Below are positions 40,332 to 49,511 of a stretch of 64,000 nucleotides of DNA, piece after piece. The DNA is from a virus. Below the pieces are notes generated by a model. That model worked only from the letters and a program-made list of their open reading frames with translations. It was not told where the DNA came from and searched no databases. Numbering within the stretch: the first letter of the stretch is position 1; every line of letters starts with the position of its first letter. The position numbers and the translations under genes are program-made. The DNA is taken from IMG/VR virus record IMGVR_UViG_3300030419_007010, positions 64,001-128,000 of that record, one strand, 5' to 3'.

Positions 40332-41017
40332 AATACCTCCAAAGGAAAAACAGATATTCTCTTGAAGGCTTCGCCTCTAGATTTTCCTATTTCATATCCG
40401 CGAACTTTAGAGAGGCCATCTAGGTAATCATTAATACCCGAAATAACTTGTTCTTGTGAGTCATAGAAACTCATAGCTTTCATTTTAACATCAAAACTTT
40501 CTGTAACATCGACTACAAAATCAACTTCTGGTAAAGGATCCGTTATCTCAAACGCCCATAAGTCTTTGACCTTATGTGTTTTGCCAAGCTCGGGCAATAC
40601 TGCTTCTGATGCCTTCCAACACGCCTCTTTTATTATTAGAGATGTATTCCTATGGTCTCTGTGTTTATCGTTTTCCGAATGTGTGATAACTAAATCAGGC
40701 TTCTTTTCTCTTATCAGTTTAATAACTTTATGAAAAAACTCTCTTGAATATTCTACTTTTTGACATTCTACGTAAAGATTGTGTATATCTTTAACACCTA
40801 AAACCTGACCAGCTAGATGAGCTTCATATTGGCGAGTTGTGATGATATTATCACTAGTATATTTATTTCCATGATCAACGCCAGTAGCGCCGTCGGTTAT
40901 AAACACTACCTCTACATTAGAGCCGGCATCAGTCCATTTTCGTATAGAGGCTCCACAGCCAATTGTTTCATCATCTTGATGAGCGGCAAAGACTAATATA
41001 TTCTTATGTTGAAACAT
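40328..41017 (-). CDS. PIG-L/LmbE family N-deacetylase
   Basis: AAHQDDETIGCG, ITDG, R..E, THSENDKHRDH. Confidence 0.9.
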   Translation of the reverse strand: MFQHKNILVFAAHQDDETIGCGASIRKWTDAGSNVEVVFITDGATGVDHGNKYTSDNIITTRQYEAHLAGQVLGVKDIHNLYVECQKVEYSREFFHKVIKLIREKKPDLVITHSENDKHRDHRNTSLIIKEACWKASEAVLPELGKTHKVKDLWAFEITDPLPEVDFVVDVTESFDVKMKAMSFYDSQEQVISGINDYLDGLSKVRGYEIGKSRGEAFKRISVFPLEVF

Positions 41018-41711
41018 TTACACTGTCACAAAAAGATCTTAAAAAGGCTAGCTGTCCAAAATTCATGGAGCAAACGTGAGCGCTTTCTGTTTTACATTGT
41101 AAATTATAATCTATTGTGAAATGTTTTTCAAGAACTTTCGCACCTCGGCGAACAGCTTCTTCACAAGCTTCATTGCCAACTGTGTGATCGCTATATCCGA
41201 TCAAGCGATCGTCGAACTTCTCTGGCATTACTTTCATAGCTTCTTCGAAAGTATGAGGGTATTTTGCTACGCAGTGGAAATATTTTACGTTTTCGTTTTC
41301 GAAAGGATATTCATCTTTATCCCATTTTCCAAGCGAACAATAAGTAAACATACCAGTATCTACCATATCTTTGCAAAAATCAAAATCCCATTCCAGCATA
41401 GAACTAGCAATTTTATTAATTTGTGCATTAGACTCTTGAGTCCACTCGAACCTGTCTCTATGAAACGGAGATGCAAAAAAATCTATATTTAATCTCTCTG
41501 CATAATCTTTTAGTCTCAAATATTGTTCTTTTGTCATCGTAAGATATTCCCAAAGCTCCCGATTATCTCCTGGCATTCTATAGGTATCCCACAATTGGAC
41601 CTTCACAGCGTCGGCTCCACCCATTTTACATTGCAAAATCATCTGCTCTGCTCTTCTTACAGAGCCGCCCCATTGGCCGCATAACTCTGCTATAATATAA
41701 ACATCACTCAT
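41004..41711 (-). CDS. NeuB-family nonulosonic acid synthase, short atypical form (start revised to MSDVYIIAE)
   Basis: IIAE, GADAVKVQ, KIASS, HCVAKYP, GYSDHT, LEKHFT; no C-terminal SAF/antifreeze-like domain. Confidence 0.88.
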   Translation of the reverse strand: MSDVYIIAELCGQWGGSVRRAEQMILQCKMGGADAVKVQLWDTYRMPGDNRELWEYLTMTKEQYLRLKDYAERLNIDFFASPFHRDRFEWTQESNAQINKIASSMLEWDFDFCKDMVDTGMFTYCSLGKWDKDEYPFENENVKYFHCVAKYPHTFEEAMKVMPEKFDDRLIGYSDHTVGNEACEEAVRRGAKVLEKHFTIDYNLQCKTESAHVCSMNFGQLAFLRSFCDSVNVST

Positions 41712-41712
41712 T

Positions 41713-42405
41713 CTAAAAATATCCCCAATCAACATATTTTGTAACTGTTGATTTAAATTTATCTATTACTTCTTGATTAAAATCTTCGGGAGCTTTATAC
41801 TTTGGTGTAAATTCCACAAGCCATTCATCAATATACTCGTGAGCTTCCGTATTTAACAGGTGTTCAATGACTTTATACTCTGCGCCTTCAATATCAATTT
41901 TTAAAATATTGTGCTCGTCTTTACTTAAATTTTTAATAATCCAATCGGAAAGGTCAATACACTGTACAGGAAAACTTAAGCTAGGAATATTTAGAGCACA
42001 GTCGGTCTTCGCTCGATACCCATTTTTTTCTCCAGTAACAAAATGATTGTTATTAGAAAAATCTAGGCGGATTCCACGATAATACTCTGGGATATATTGG
42101 CCTGATTTAATAGCTTGCTCTTTACTTCTTAACAAAGAAGAACCGGTTCTTGTTCCCCAAGCTTGAATATAAAAGTTTTTTATTACATCTTCCACCCAGA
42201 CGGCCTGAGTGTGTATTGTTATAGGTACTGGATTATCTTCAACTTGCGCCAACGTCGCAAATTTCTCTAGCAGGGTTGTATAATTGAAGTACTCTGGTTC
42301 GAACGCGTCAATTTTAATTAAATTTTCTTTATACTTATTTTTGGCCCATGAGACTGCTTTACCGACGTTTGCGCCGCAGTCAATAAACCTAATTTTTTTA
42401 GACAT
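41713..42405 (-). CDS. FkbM-family methyltransferase
   Basis: FIDCGANVG, AFEP, LKIDIEGAEY. Confidence 0.88.
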   Translation of the reverse strand: MSKKIRFIDCGANVGKAVSWAKNKYKENLIKIDAFEPEYFNYTTLLEKFATLAQVEDNPVPITIHTQAVWVEDVIKNFYIQAWGTRTGSSLLRSKEQAIKSGQYIPEYYRGIRLDFSNNNHFVTGEKNGYRAKTDCALNIPSLSFPVQCIDLSDWIIKNLSKDEHNILKIDIEGAEYKVIEHLLNTEAHEYIDEWLVEFTPKYKAPEDFNQEVIDKFKSTVTKYVDWGYF

Positions 42406-42406
42406 T

Positions 42407-43060
42407 CTACCTCCTTAAGTGTGCTATATAAAATCCGTTATGCCAATCTATATGCTTTTCTATAAAGAATTCTGTTACTTTTTTGAAATTGGATTTTTTA
42501 ATTGCTTCTTCAGTTGCATTTTGAATATTTTCACCTACATCTCCAGGACAGTAATAGTCGTCGACAATTAGTATTATTTCATCATCCAGTATGGAGTCAT
42601 AGTGGGCTAATATTTTACTATGAGAATCATATGAGTGATCACCATCATAAAAAAATATATTTATTTTATCTTCAAATTTTTTTAGATCTAATTCCCAACA
42701 ATTCTCTACAAAAAAAACAAATTTTCTATCAGAAGAAGAGTATTTCTCTATATTTTTATTAATATTTTCTTCATTATCTTCTTGAAAATATCGACTCCAA
42801 TTATCAATTCCGTAAAAGACCCCAGCATTATTATAAGCTGCAGCAAAATAGCTGGCACCTCTTAACACTCCTATTTCTAGATATTTAGTTTTCTTTTTAT
42901 TAGGTAATTTACATATAAGATTTAAAAGAAACTGTGAGTCTCTAGTAGACATTGCATGAGGAACAGTTTGATGACTAAGCTTCATGATATCGCCATTCAA
43001 TGTTTTTACATTTTTAGTTGCCTTATCAATGCAATCTCTAATATGTTCTGTAAAATTCAT
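42407..43060 (-). CDS. Class I SAM-dependent methyltransferase (Methyltransf_24-like)
   Basis: YLEIGVLRGAS, GIDNW, FFYDGDHSY, IVDDY. Confidence 0.85.
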   Translation of the reverse strand: MNFTEHIRDCIDKATKNVKTLNGDIMKLSHQTVPHAMSTRDSQFLLNLICKLPNKKKTKYLEIGVLRGASYFAAAYNNAGVFYGIDNWSRYFQEDNEENINKNIEKYSSSDRKFVFFVENCWELDLKKFEDKINIFFYDGDHSYDSHSKILAHYDSILDDEIILIVDDYYCPGDVGENIQNATEEAIKKSNFKKVTEFFIEKHIDWHNGFYIAHLRR

Positions 43061-43064
43061 GAAT

Positions 43065-43757
43065 TTATTTTTTAATTTTTTCTAGTTTTGCATTTGGGTG
43101 TTTCTTTCTAAACTCTTCCTTAAGCTGTTCTATTTTATCGACAGGCTTCTCTAATAACCAAATGTCTTCTTCTGTATGTATATCATGTAATTCACAGACG
43201 ACAACACCGCAGTTTGTACTTAAATCTTTTTGCATCACATAATCGGCCTTAAAAATACGAAAAGCTGCATTTTGCATTAGGTTAGAATCAACACTAAAAA
43301 CTTCATCTCTCTCGTGTTTCTTAAAAACCTCTATAGCATTATCCAAGTGTTCTGCTTTAATTTGCGGAGAATTTGCTTGCAGTGATATAAAAATCTCTGG
43401 TTTCTTTTGATTTTTGTTTATGTGCTTTGCTGCAGCACGAATAGCAACTTGTTTATAGACATGATCTTTTGCTAATCGTTTACTTCTCATGTGAACTTTG
43501 GCACCAAAACTTTTAGCAACTTCTGCTATCTCTTTTGACTCTGTGCTCACCCAGGGCTCAATATCATGCTTTGATTCTTTACATGCCTTTATCGCCCAAT
43601 AAAGCATCGGCTTGCCCCAAACTGGATGTATATTTTTGTTTTTAAGCCGTTTGCTGCCGCCTCTAGCTGGTATTATAGCTACAATTTTCGGACCTTCTAT
43701 CAGATTCTTCTCTCCTATGAAGTTGAGATATTTTCCTATTAAAAAGCTTTCAGTCAT
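43065..43757 (-). CDS. NeuA-family acylneuraminate cytidylyltransferase (CMP-nonulosonate synthetase)
   Basis: AIIPARGGSKRLKNKNI..GKPMLYW, VSTES, LQANSP, DIHTEED. Confidence 0.88.
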   Translation of the reverse strand: MTESFLIGKYLNFIGEKNLIEGPKIVAIIPARGGSKRLKNKNIHPVWGKPMLYWAIKACKESKHDIEPWVSTESKEIAEVAKSFGAKVHMRSKRLAKDHVYKQVAIRAAAKHINKNQKKPEIFISLQANSPQIKAEHLDNAIEVFKKHERDEVFSVDSNLMQNAAFRIFKADYVMQKDLSTNCGVVVCELHDIHTEEDIWLLEKPVDKIEQLKEEFRKKHPNAKLEKIKK

Positions 43758-44742
43758 TTTTTAACACATAATCCAGTATTCTTTGTGAAGAATTAAAATT
43801 AAACAAGTACTTTTCAATCGCTTCATCAAATTGAAAAGCCTCCACTTGTACTATATCATCTATATAATTGGCAATTTTATTATATTCTACTTCTCCCTTA
43901 ATGTCAATACAATAATCTTCTTTATAAAGAAAATCTAATATTTGGTTAAAGGGTTTAATATTAAAATTAATAATTGGTGTCCTCATCATCACAGCTTCTT
44001 TTATACTAGTCGAATCGAAATTGACAACGAAATCTGCTATATGCATCAGCTCCATCGAATCATGAGGGAACCATGAGAAATCTACAAAATGATAGTCCCC
44101 GCATATCTCTTTTTGTGAAAACGGATCCTTTCCGCGAGTTTTTGTTATGATATCGTAGCCAGATTCTCGTAAAGTGTCATACAATGCACCAAAATCTATT
44201 TTGCCTATATCGCGGGTTCTAGGTAACACAACAAAAGCTTTTTTACCAGAAGGATTAATATTATATTTTTTATATATTTCGTTACTATCATAAGCGATAT
44301 CATATTTGGGCGATCCTAAATAGAGATTTTTTTGTGATTTTTTATCATAATGGTCTGCTATAAATTTACTTGGAAAAATTACATAATCTACCGAGTCAAT
44401 ATATTTCTCGTAAATCCCAGCAACAGAAAAGTCAGTCATATAAGTTAAAGAAATTTTCTTATGATTATGATCAAGGAGTTCTATAAGATCTCCTTCAATT
44501 AGAAAAAATACACCAGGATATTTTTTGGCTTCATTAGCTTGAAAAATATCAAAATTATGTAGATTTGACAACTCTTGGAGATGTTTATAATTTTTTTCTA
44601 TTAGTGGAGAATTATATTTACCGCTTGAAGAAACAAAATATCTAGATTTTATATTCCTTTTATTTGCTTCAATAGTTAATGGAATAAAATATCGCAAGGA
44701 TGTCATTCCATTTGTAATAAAATTTATAAATTTTTCAGCCAT
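43750..44742 (-). CDS. GT-B fold transferase (TagF/capsule-type; candidate nonulosonate transferase)
   Basis: LRYFIPL, DYVIFPS, YLGSPKYD, ADFVVNFDSTSIKEAVMMRTPII; directly upstream of NeuA. Specific activity is inferred. Confidence 0.55.
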   Translation of the reverse strand: MAEKFINFITNGMTSLRYFIPLTIEANKRNIKSRYFVSSSGKYNSPLIEKNYKHLQELSNLHNFDIFQANEAKKYPGVFFLIEGDLIELLDHNHKKISLTYMTDFSVAGIYEKYIDSVDYVIFPSKFIADHYDKKSQKNLYLGSPKYDIAYDSNEIYKKYNINPSGKKAFVVLPRTRDIGKIDFGALYDTLRESGYDIITKTRGKDPFSQKEICGDYHFVDFSWFPHDSMELMHIADFVVNFDSTSIKEAVMMRTPIINFNIKPFNQILDFLYKEDYCIDIKGEVEYNKIANYIDDIVQVEAFQFDEAIEKYLFNFNSSQRILDYVLKND

Positions 44743-45530
44743 TCATTAACTCGCTTCTTCCACAAGATAGTTTCAGGATTTGATGTAAAATCTCTAAGAA
44801 GCCCTCTTCCTAAATGAGAGAAGACTGGTACGCCGTCGAGATGATGTTCTTCTCCTCTCATATCTTCAGTCATAAACTTAATCTTTGATTTATCTATTCT
44901 GGGACTTATCAATGGTAGGCCAATCCCAGAATATTCAGACTCATGTAAGCTAGTTGGTATTTTACAAGAGGTATCTAAAAATATCTCGTCCCCAGGGGAT
45001 CGGCCATAAATCTTACAATTATCTTCTGTAATTGAGATATGACAGTTTTCTGGTTTCCAACACAGTCCTGTTTCCTTAAGCTTGTCCACTAGAAAAAGGG
45101 CCATAATACAGTTTGGATTATTCATAAATTTATTTTGATCCACACCATACTCAGTGCCAACTATTATTGTCTTCTCATCTAACAAAGATATTAATTTTTC
45201 ATCCCACCCTTTACACAAAAACGCAGTGTCACAATCTAACATCATGCCGTATTTTGAATTCATTTCATCAAATATAGAATTTAAACATGTACCATGGCCA
45301 GTTCCAGTTCCTGCGCCAAATGTTAAATTATCAAGAATAACAAACTTTTTTTTATGCTTCGTATCGATATTATCCAAAAAAGTAATATCTACTCCGGCTT
45401 GATTTATCCCAAAAATAAATTCAATATCATAATTTCCACTAGCCGTTCTCTCTATAGAAGAAATTAAAAACTCAACAAATAACTCTGAGTTTCGGCCACA
45501 CGGGATCCCAATTTGTAAAAGTTCTTTCAT
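44724..45530 (-). CDS. GT-A fold glycosyltransferase-like protein
   Basis: HGTCLN...MMLDCDTAFL..GWDEKL (DxD), late HLGRG; island context. Confidence 0.6.
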   Translation of the reverse strand: MKELLQIGIPCGRNSELFVEFLISSIERTASGNYDIEFIFGINQAGVDITFLDNIDTKHKKKFVILDNLTFGAGTGTGHGTCLNSIFDEMNSKYGMMLDCDTAFLCKGWDEKLISLLDEKTIIVGTEYGVDQNKFMNNPNCIMALFLVDKLKETGLCWKPENCHISITEDNCKIYGRSPGDEIFLDTSCKIPTSLHESEYSGIGLPLISPRIDKSKIKFMTEDMRGEEHHLDGVPVFSHLGRGLLRDFTSNPETILWKKRVNEWLKNL

Positions 45531-45543
45531 TAATTTTCCTCAA

Positions 45544-46632
45544 TTAATATGCATTAACCACATTAACAATCTTTTCTCTATCCTCGCTAGAAAGCCACCA
45601 TCCAACAGGTATATTCATAAGCTTACTTTCAAATTCTTCAAGTCCTTTTAAGCTGTTATCTTTATACTTTTTGAAAACGCTATAGAAATCATTTCTCTTG
45701 TGGACAACATCCGTTGCAATACCATTATCAAACATATATTTTTTAAATCTTTCGCGATCTTCTACAAGAACAGAATATATCCAGTACGAACTCTCGCTTT
45801 TAGATGATTGAGTAAGCTTTTTAACTTTCTTATTTGAAATATTTTGGTCAAAGAATTTACCATTAGAAATATGGCTATTGATAATAAAATCTACATATTT
45901 TAATTGTTCCAAACCTATTACTGCATTAATATTATTCATGTGCATTTTATATCCACATTCTGTAATATCTTGTTCCCATCTAGATCCGCCGGTAAACTTT
46001 CTATCTAGCCCAAACCATCTCAACTTCCTAACTCTTTCGTTGTCCGATTCTTTTAAACACGCAATTGCGCCGCCGTCGACGGTTGTCATATGTTTGATGG
46101 CTTGAAAAGAAAAGCAGACAAAATCACTATGTGAACCTATTTTTTTATTATTATAGCTAGCACCTAAAGCATGCGCTGCGTCTTCAACTACTTTTATATT
46201 ATTTTCTTTGGCTATAGAAGATATAGAATCTATATCAAACGGTTGGCCGGCCCAGTGGACACCAACTATTAATTTTGTTTTTGAAGTAATTTTCTTTTTA
46301 ACGCTTTCCGGATCTATATTTCCGGTAGCAGGGTCTATATCCGCAAAAACTAATTTAGCACCAGTTTGAAACAGAGGCTCGTTTGTAGCCATACAAGTCA
46401 TAGCTGTTGTAATCACTTCATCTTCAGGTTTTAGATCGCAGGTATGATATGCCAAAGTTAAAGCAGAAGTACAGCTATTAACTAGAGATGTATTATTATT
46501 CTCAATATAAGAAGAAAACTCTGTTTCGAACTTATCAGAATATTCTCCCTCGGTTATAAATCCTGTTTTAAAAACCTCTTCTATTTTATACCCTATGTTG
46601 TCTGGGCAATGAACTTTAAAAAGTGGTATCAT
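45544..46632 (-). CDS. DegT/DnrJ/EryC1/StrS PLP-dependent sugar aminotransferase (start revised to MIPLFKV)
   Basis: VNSCTSAL, VHWAG, VEDAAHALG, FSFQAIKHMTTVDGG; ATG at 46632 overlaps the upstream TGA. Confidence 0.93.
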   Translation of the reverse strand: MIPLFKVHCPDNIGYKIEEVFKTGFITEGEYSDKFETEFSSYIENNNTSLVNSCTSALTLAYHTCDLKPEDEVITTAMTCMATNEPLFQTGAKLVFADIDPATGNIDPESVKKKITSKTKLIVGVHWAGQPFDIDSISSIAKENNIKVVEDAAHALGASYNNKKIGSHSDFVCFSFQAIKHMTTVDGGAIACLKESDNERVRKLRWFGLDRKFTGGSRWEQDITECGYKMHMNNINAVIGLEQLKYVDFIINSHISNGKFFDQNISNKKVKKLTQSSKSESSYWIYSVLVEDRERFKKYMFDNGIATDVVHKRNDFYSVFKKYKDNSLKGLEEFESKLMNIPVGWWLSSEDREKIVNVVNAY

Positions 46633-47642
46633 TCTTCCTCTAACCATTCTGGATTTTGGACAGTCCACTCAACCGTGGTTTTCAACGAGTCTTCAAAATT
46701 AATAGGTAATTCCCAGCCTAACGAACTCATCTTTTCCCCGCATAAAGAATATCTAAGATCGTGCCCAGGCCGGGAACTATGAAAATCTACCATTTCATAG
46801 TTTAAAGGTTTGCCTATTACATCTGCAATATAGCTAGCTAATTGTAGATTATCTACTTCTTTTTCTCCAACAATATTGTATTTCTCTCCAATTTCTCCCT
46901 TCTCTAGAAGAAAAAGAATAGCTGCAGCTATATTTCTAGCATGAATATAAAATCTACTTCCAGCTCGTTTCTTGTCCGGATAGGAATGAATATAAACTTT
47001 ATTGCCATTCAATACATTTTTAATTGTTTTAGGAATAAATTTTTCTACATGTTGCCTTCCACCAAAAGCATTCATTACATTTATACTCATTAGTGGTATC
47101 TTATACGTGTTTTCATAAGCAATACAAATATTTTCAGCGGCCGATTTACTAGCTGAATACGGATTAGTTGGCTTATGTCTATCCCATTCTTTATAAGCAA
47201 GATTATCCGGAGCGGAGCCGTAAACTTCGTCAGTACTAAAATAAAAGAACATTTCCAAATCTTTTAGTTCTCTAGCATATTCTAGCATCTCAACGGTACC
47301 GTCAATGTTGTTATGAAAGAACTTACGAGGTTCTGAAATACTATTGTCCACATGAGATTCTGCAGCCATATGAATAATAAGATTAACATCCTCTCCGATT
47401 TCTTTTTTGAGGCCTACAGTAATTGGTAAGGTAATATCAACAGGAAATACCTTCACTCGTGGATGAGGATAAGACCCGTTAGACTTTAGTCTCTCTAAAC
47501 CGTAGCTCGCATAGCTAAGTTTATCTAAAATAATAATATCCCAGTTGGTTTTTCGCAAGAAATGTTCTACAACATGATGTCCTATAAATCCTGCACCGCC
47601 GGTAATTACTACTTTTTTCTTATCATAATTATATGTTTTCAT
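46629..47642 (-). CDS. NDP-sugar 4,6-dehydratase (dTDP-glucose 4,6-dehydratase/RmlB-like)
   Basis: ITGGAGFIG, LDKLSYAS, HMAAESHVDNSI, STDEVYG, PYSASK, EKFIP, RPGHDLRY. Confidence 0.92.
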   Translation of the reverse strand: MKTYNYDKKKVVITGGAGFIGHHVVEHFLRKTNWDIIILDKLSYASYGLERLKSNGSYPHPRVKVFPVDITLPITVGLKKEIGEDVNLIIHMAAESHVDNSISEPRKFFHNNIDGTVEMLEYARELKDLEMFFYFSTDEVYGSAPDNLAYKEWDRHKPTNPYSASKSAAENICIAYENTYKIPLMSINVMNAFGGRQHVEKFIPKTIKNVLNGNKVYIHSYPDKKRAGSRFYIHARNIAAAILFLLEKGEIGEKYNIVGEKEVDNLQLASYIADVIGKPLNYEMVDFHSSRPGHDLRYSLCGEKMSSLGWELPINFEDSLKTTVEWTVQNPEWLEEE

Positions 47643-48247
47643 TCTTTCCTCTTTTTAGCCACAATCAAAATGTACAATTGCGGTAAGTCTTCCCATAAGG
47701 TTCTTATACTATAAAGTATATCAAAGTTTTTGTTAATTGATTTTAGTTCCAATACGTTAGGAACTTCCTGCATAATAGCTTTGTATACGTCGTGGTAGCC
47801 AAACTTTTTTACTCTATCACAAAAGATCTTGTATTGTTCGTTTTCTAGGAAAGAATCATCCCAAACAGCTGACCAGAGAAAATTATCGTCTTTATACGCG
47901 TATTCTTGCTCTCCGTCTTTAACCCAGCCTATCTTATAGTTTTTAAATCTCCAGTGATCGCCGAGTCCCCAATCAGCATATAATATTCCATCATCATTTA
48001 AATGCTCATGACATTTTCTTATAAACTGTTCAGGATCTCTAGCAAAATAAGGGCACCTCAAAGATATGATTGTGTCATAAGTACCGTCTAAAGACCAATC
48101 ATCATTTATATCCCAATTGCCGATTTGTAAATCGTACAAATCTCCTGGAAAAACATTATTGTTTTGGAACCCTAATAGAGCTACTCTTCCCTTTGGCACA
48201 ATCGTTTGTCTGTACCAAGGATTTAATATCCCGTCTGATTTACCCAT
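47639..48247 (-). CDS. Divergent methyltransferase-like protein (202 aa)
   Basis: YDTIISLRCPYF..PEQFIRKCHEHLNDDGILY resembles class I MTase motifs II-III; motif I is degenerate. Confidence 0.5.
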   Translation of the reverse strand: MGKSDGILNPWYRQTIVPKGRVALLGFQNNNVFPGDLYDLQIGNWDINDDWSLDGTYDTIISLRCPYFARDPEQFIRKCHEHLNDDGILYADWGLGDHWRFKNYKIGWVKDGEQEYAYKDDNFLWSAVWDDSFLENEQYKIFCDRVKKFGYHDVYKAIMQEVPNVLELKSINKNFDILYSIRTLWEDLPQLYILIVAKKRKE

Positions 48248-48292
48248 TACCTCTTCTCAAACTCAACTATTAAATGCAATTGCTTAATTATA

Positions 48293-48781
48293 TTATTCTT
48301 TTTTCATTTTAATAGAAAACACTTTTTTGCCATTTCTTTCTATCATATTTTTTTCAATTTCATAAAAACCTAGGTTTTTGTAGAGGTTTATTGCCCGGTG
48401 ATTAAATTCTAAAACTTCCAAAAGAATATTTTCATAATTTAGTTTTTCTAATTCTTTTAAAACACTCTTGTAAGCTTTCATCGCGTAACCCTTACCTCTG
48501 TAATTTTTGTTAATGTCGGCGCCGATGTAAAGTGAGTCTTTAGTTACGTTGCTAAATCTAAAATACCCGATTTTTTCTTTATTTTTTTCAATTATAAAAT
48601 GAAAAGTAGATTGATTTAAATCAAACCATCTTCTACACTCTTCAATTGTATGTGTAGATATATCGTGTAACCATTTAGAAACTTCATTTCTTGTTTTATT
48701 AAAAAAATCCAGGTCTTCGTATTTCATTTTGTAAAAATTAAAATCTTTGCATTTAAAGTCTTTTAGTCTTATCTCGTTCAT
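48293..48781 (-). CDS. GNAT N-acetyltransferase (PseH/RimJ-like)
   Basis: YRGKGYA acetyl-CoA motif, LEVLEFNHRAINLYKNLGF. Confidence 0.9.
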   Translation of the reverse strand: MNEIRLKDFKCKDFNFYKMKYEDLDFFNKTRNEVSKWLHDISTHTIEECRRWFDLNQSTFHFIIEKNKEKIGYFRFSNVTKDSLYIGADINKNYRGKGYAMKAYKSVLKELEKLNYENILLEVLEFNHRAINLYKNLGFYEIEKNMIERNGKKVFSIKMKKE

Positions 48782-48812
48782 ATATTATATACATAGAATC
48801 CGGAATCGCCCA

Positions 48813-49511
48813 TTAGATTAAATCCTCCATAAAACAGAATTCTATGTTATCAATATTATCCTCTAAGAAAGATTCAAGCTTTTCTTTGTGTTTAATATTC
48901 AAATAATTACGATCCCACTCGCATGCGTGATAAACAATTTCTGTTTTTTCAAATAAATTTAATGGTTTGAGAGGAGGATTAACATTATAATAAACTACGT
49001 TATCAATCTGCTTATCATATCCCTGATATATATCATCTTCAGTTAGGGCTAACACCTCTATTCCAGAAGCTTTTGCAGCGCGCAAAGCATCCGGAGACAT
49101 CTTCCAGGCAGGAGGTCTAAACACGGGCTTAAATAGCTCTGAGAGGTTAGCAGCGTCAGCAACTTTATACATCTCTTCAAATAGTTTCATTGCCTGTTCA
49201 TAATTTAAATTCTTGAATTCATCATTATTTGAGACACCTGGAATTCCATGAAGATACCCGTGATATCCAATTTCAAAATTTTCCTTCGGAAGTGCTTTTA
49301 AGAGTTCGCAAAATTCAGGAAAAATATCCAACCTTAATGGACCCTTTGTTGATGTTGGTCCCACTGTCCTCCAATAAGAAATAGGAACAAATAACGTGAA
49401 CTTTATATCTGGAAAAATAATCATTAATTCAAAACATCTTTCCAAAACATTTGCTGATGAATGGGGATGTGGTGAAACGTCGTCGATGCTTATATTTACT
49501 TTATATTGCAT
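48813..49511 (-). CDS. Polysaccharide deacetylase-like protein (NodB/DUF2334-like)
   Basis: ISIDDVSP, FTLFVP, EIGYHGYLH, FRPPAW. Confidence 0.8.
   Translation of the reverse strand: MQYKVNISIDDVSPHPHSSANVLERCFELMIIFPDIKFTLFVPISYWRTVGPTSTKGPLRLDIFPEFCELLKALPKENFEIGYHGYLHGIPGVSNNDEFKNLNYEQAMKLFEEMYKVADAANLSELFKPVFRPPAWKMSPDALRAAKASGIEVLALTEDDIYQGYDKQIDNVVYYNVNPPLKPLNLFEKTEIVYHACEWDRNYLNIKHKEKLESFLEDNIDNIEFCFMEDLI

Noticed and set aside
43750-44742. NeuC/LegG hydrolysing 2-epimerase completing the nonulosonate pathway
   Set aside because: GT-B-like, but lacks the GTRxE/GDRxE/HxxGG motifs of that family.
48790-48796. CTATGTA upstream of the GNAT gene as another promoter motif copy
   Set aside because: Mismatch to CTAnWTA and only 8 nt from the start codon.
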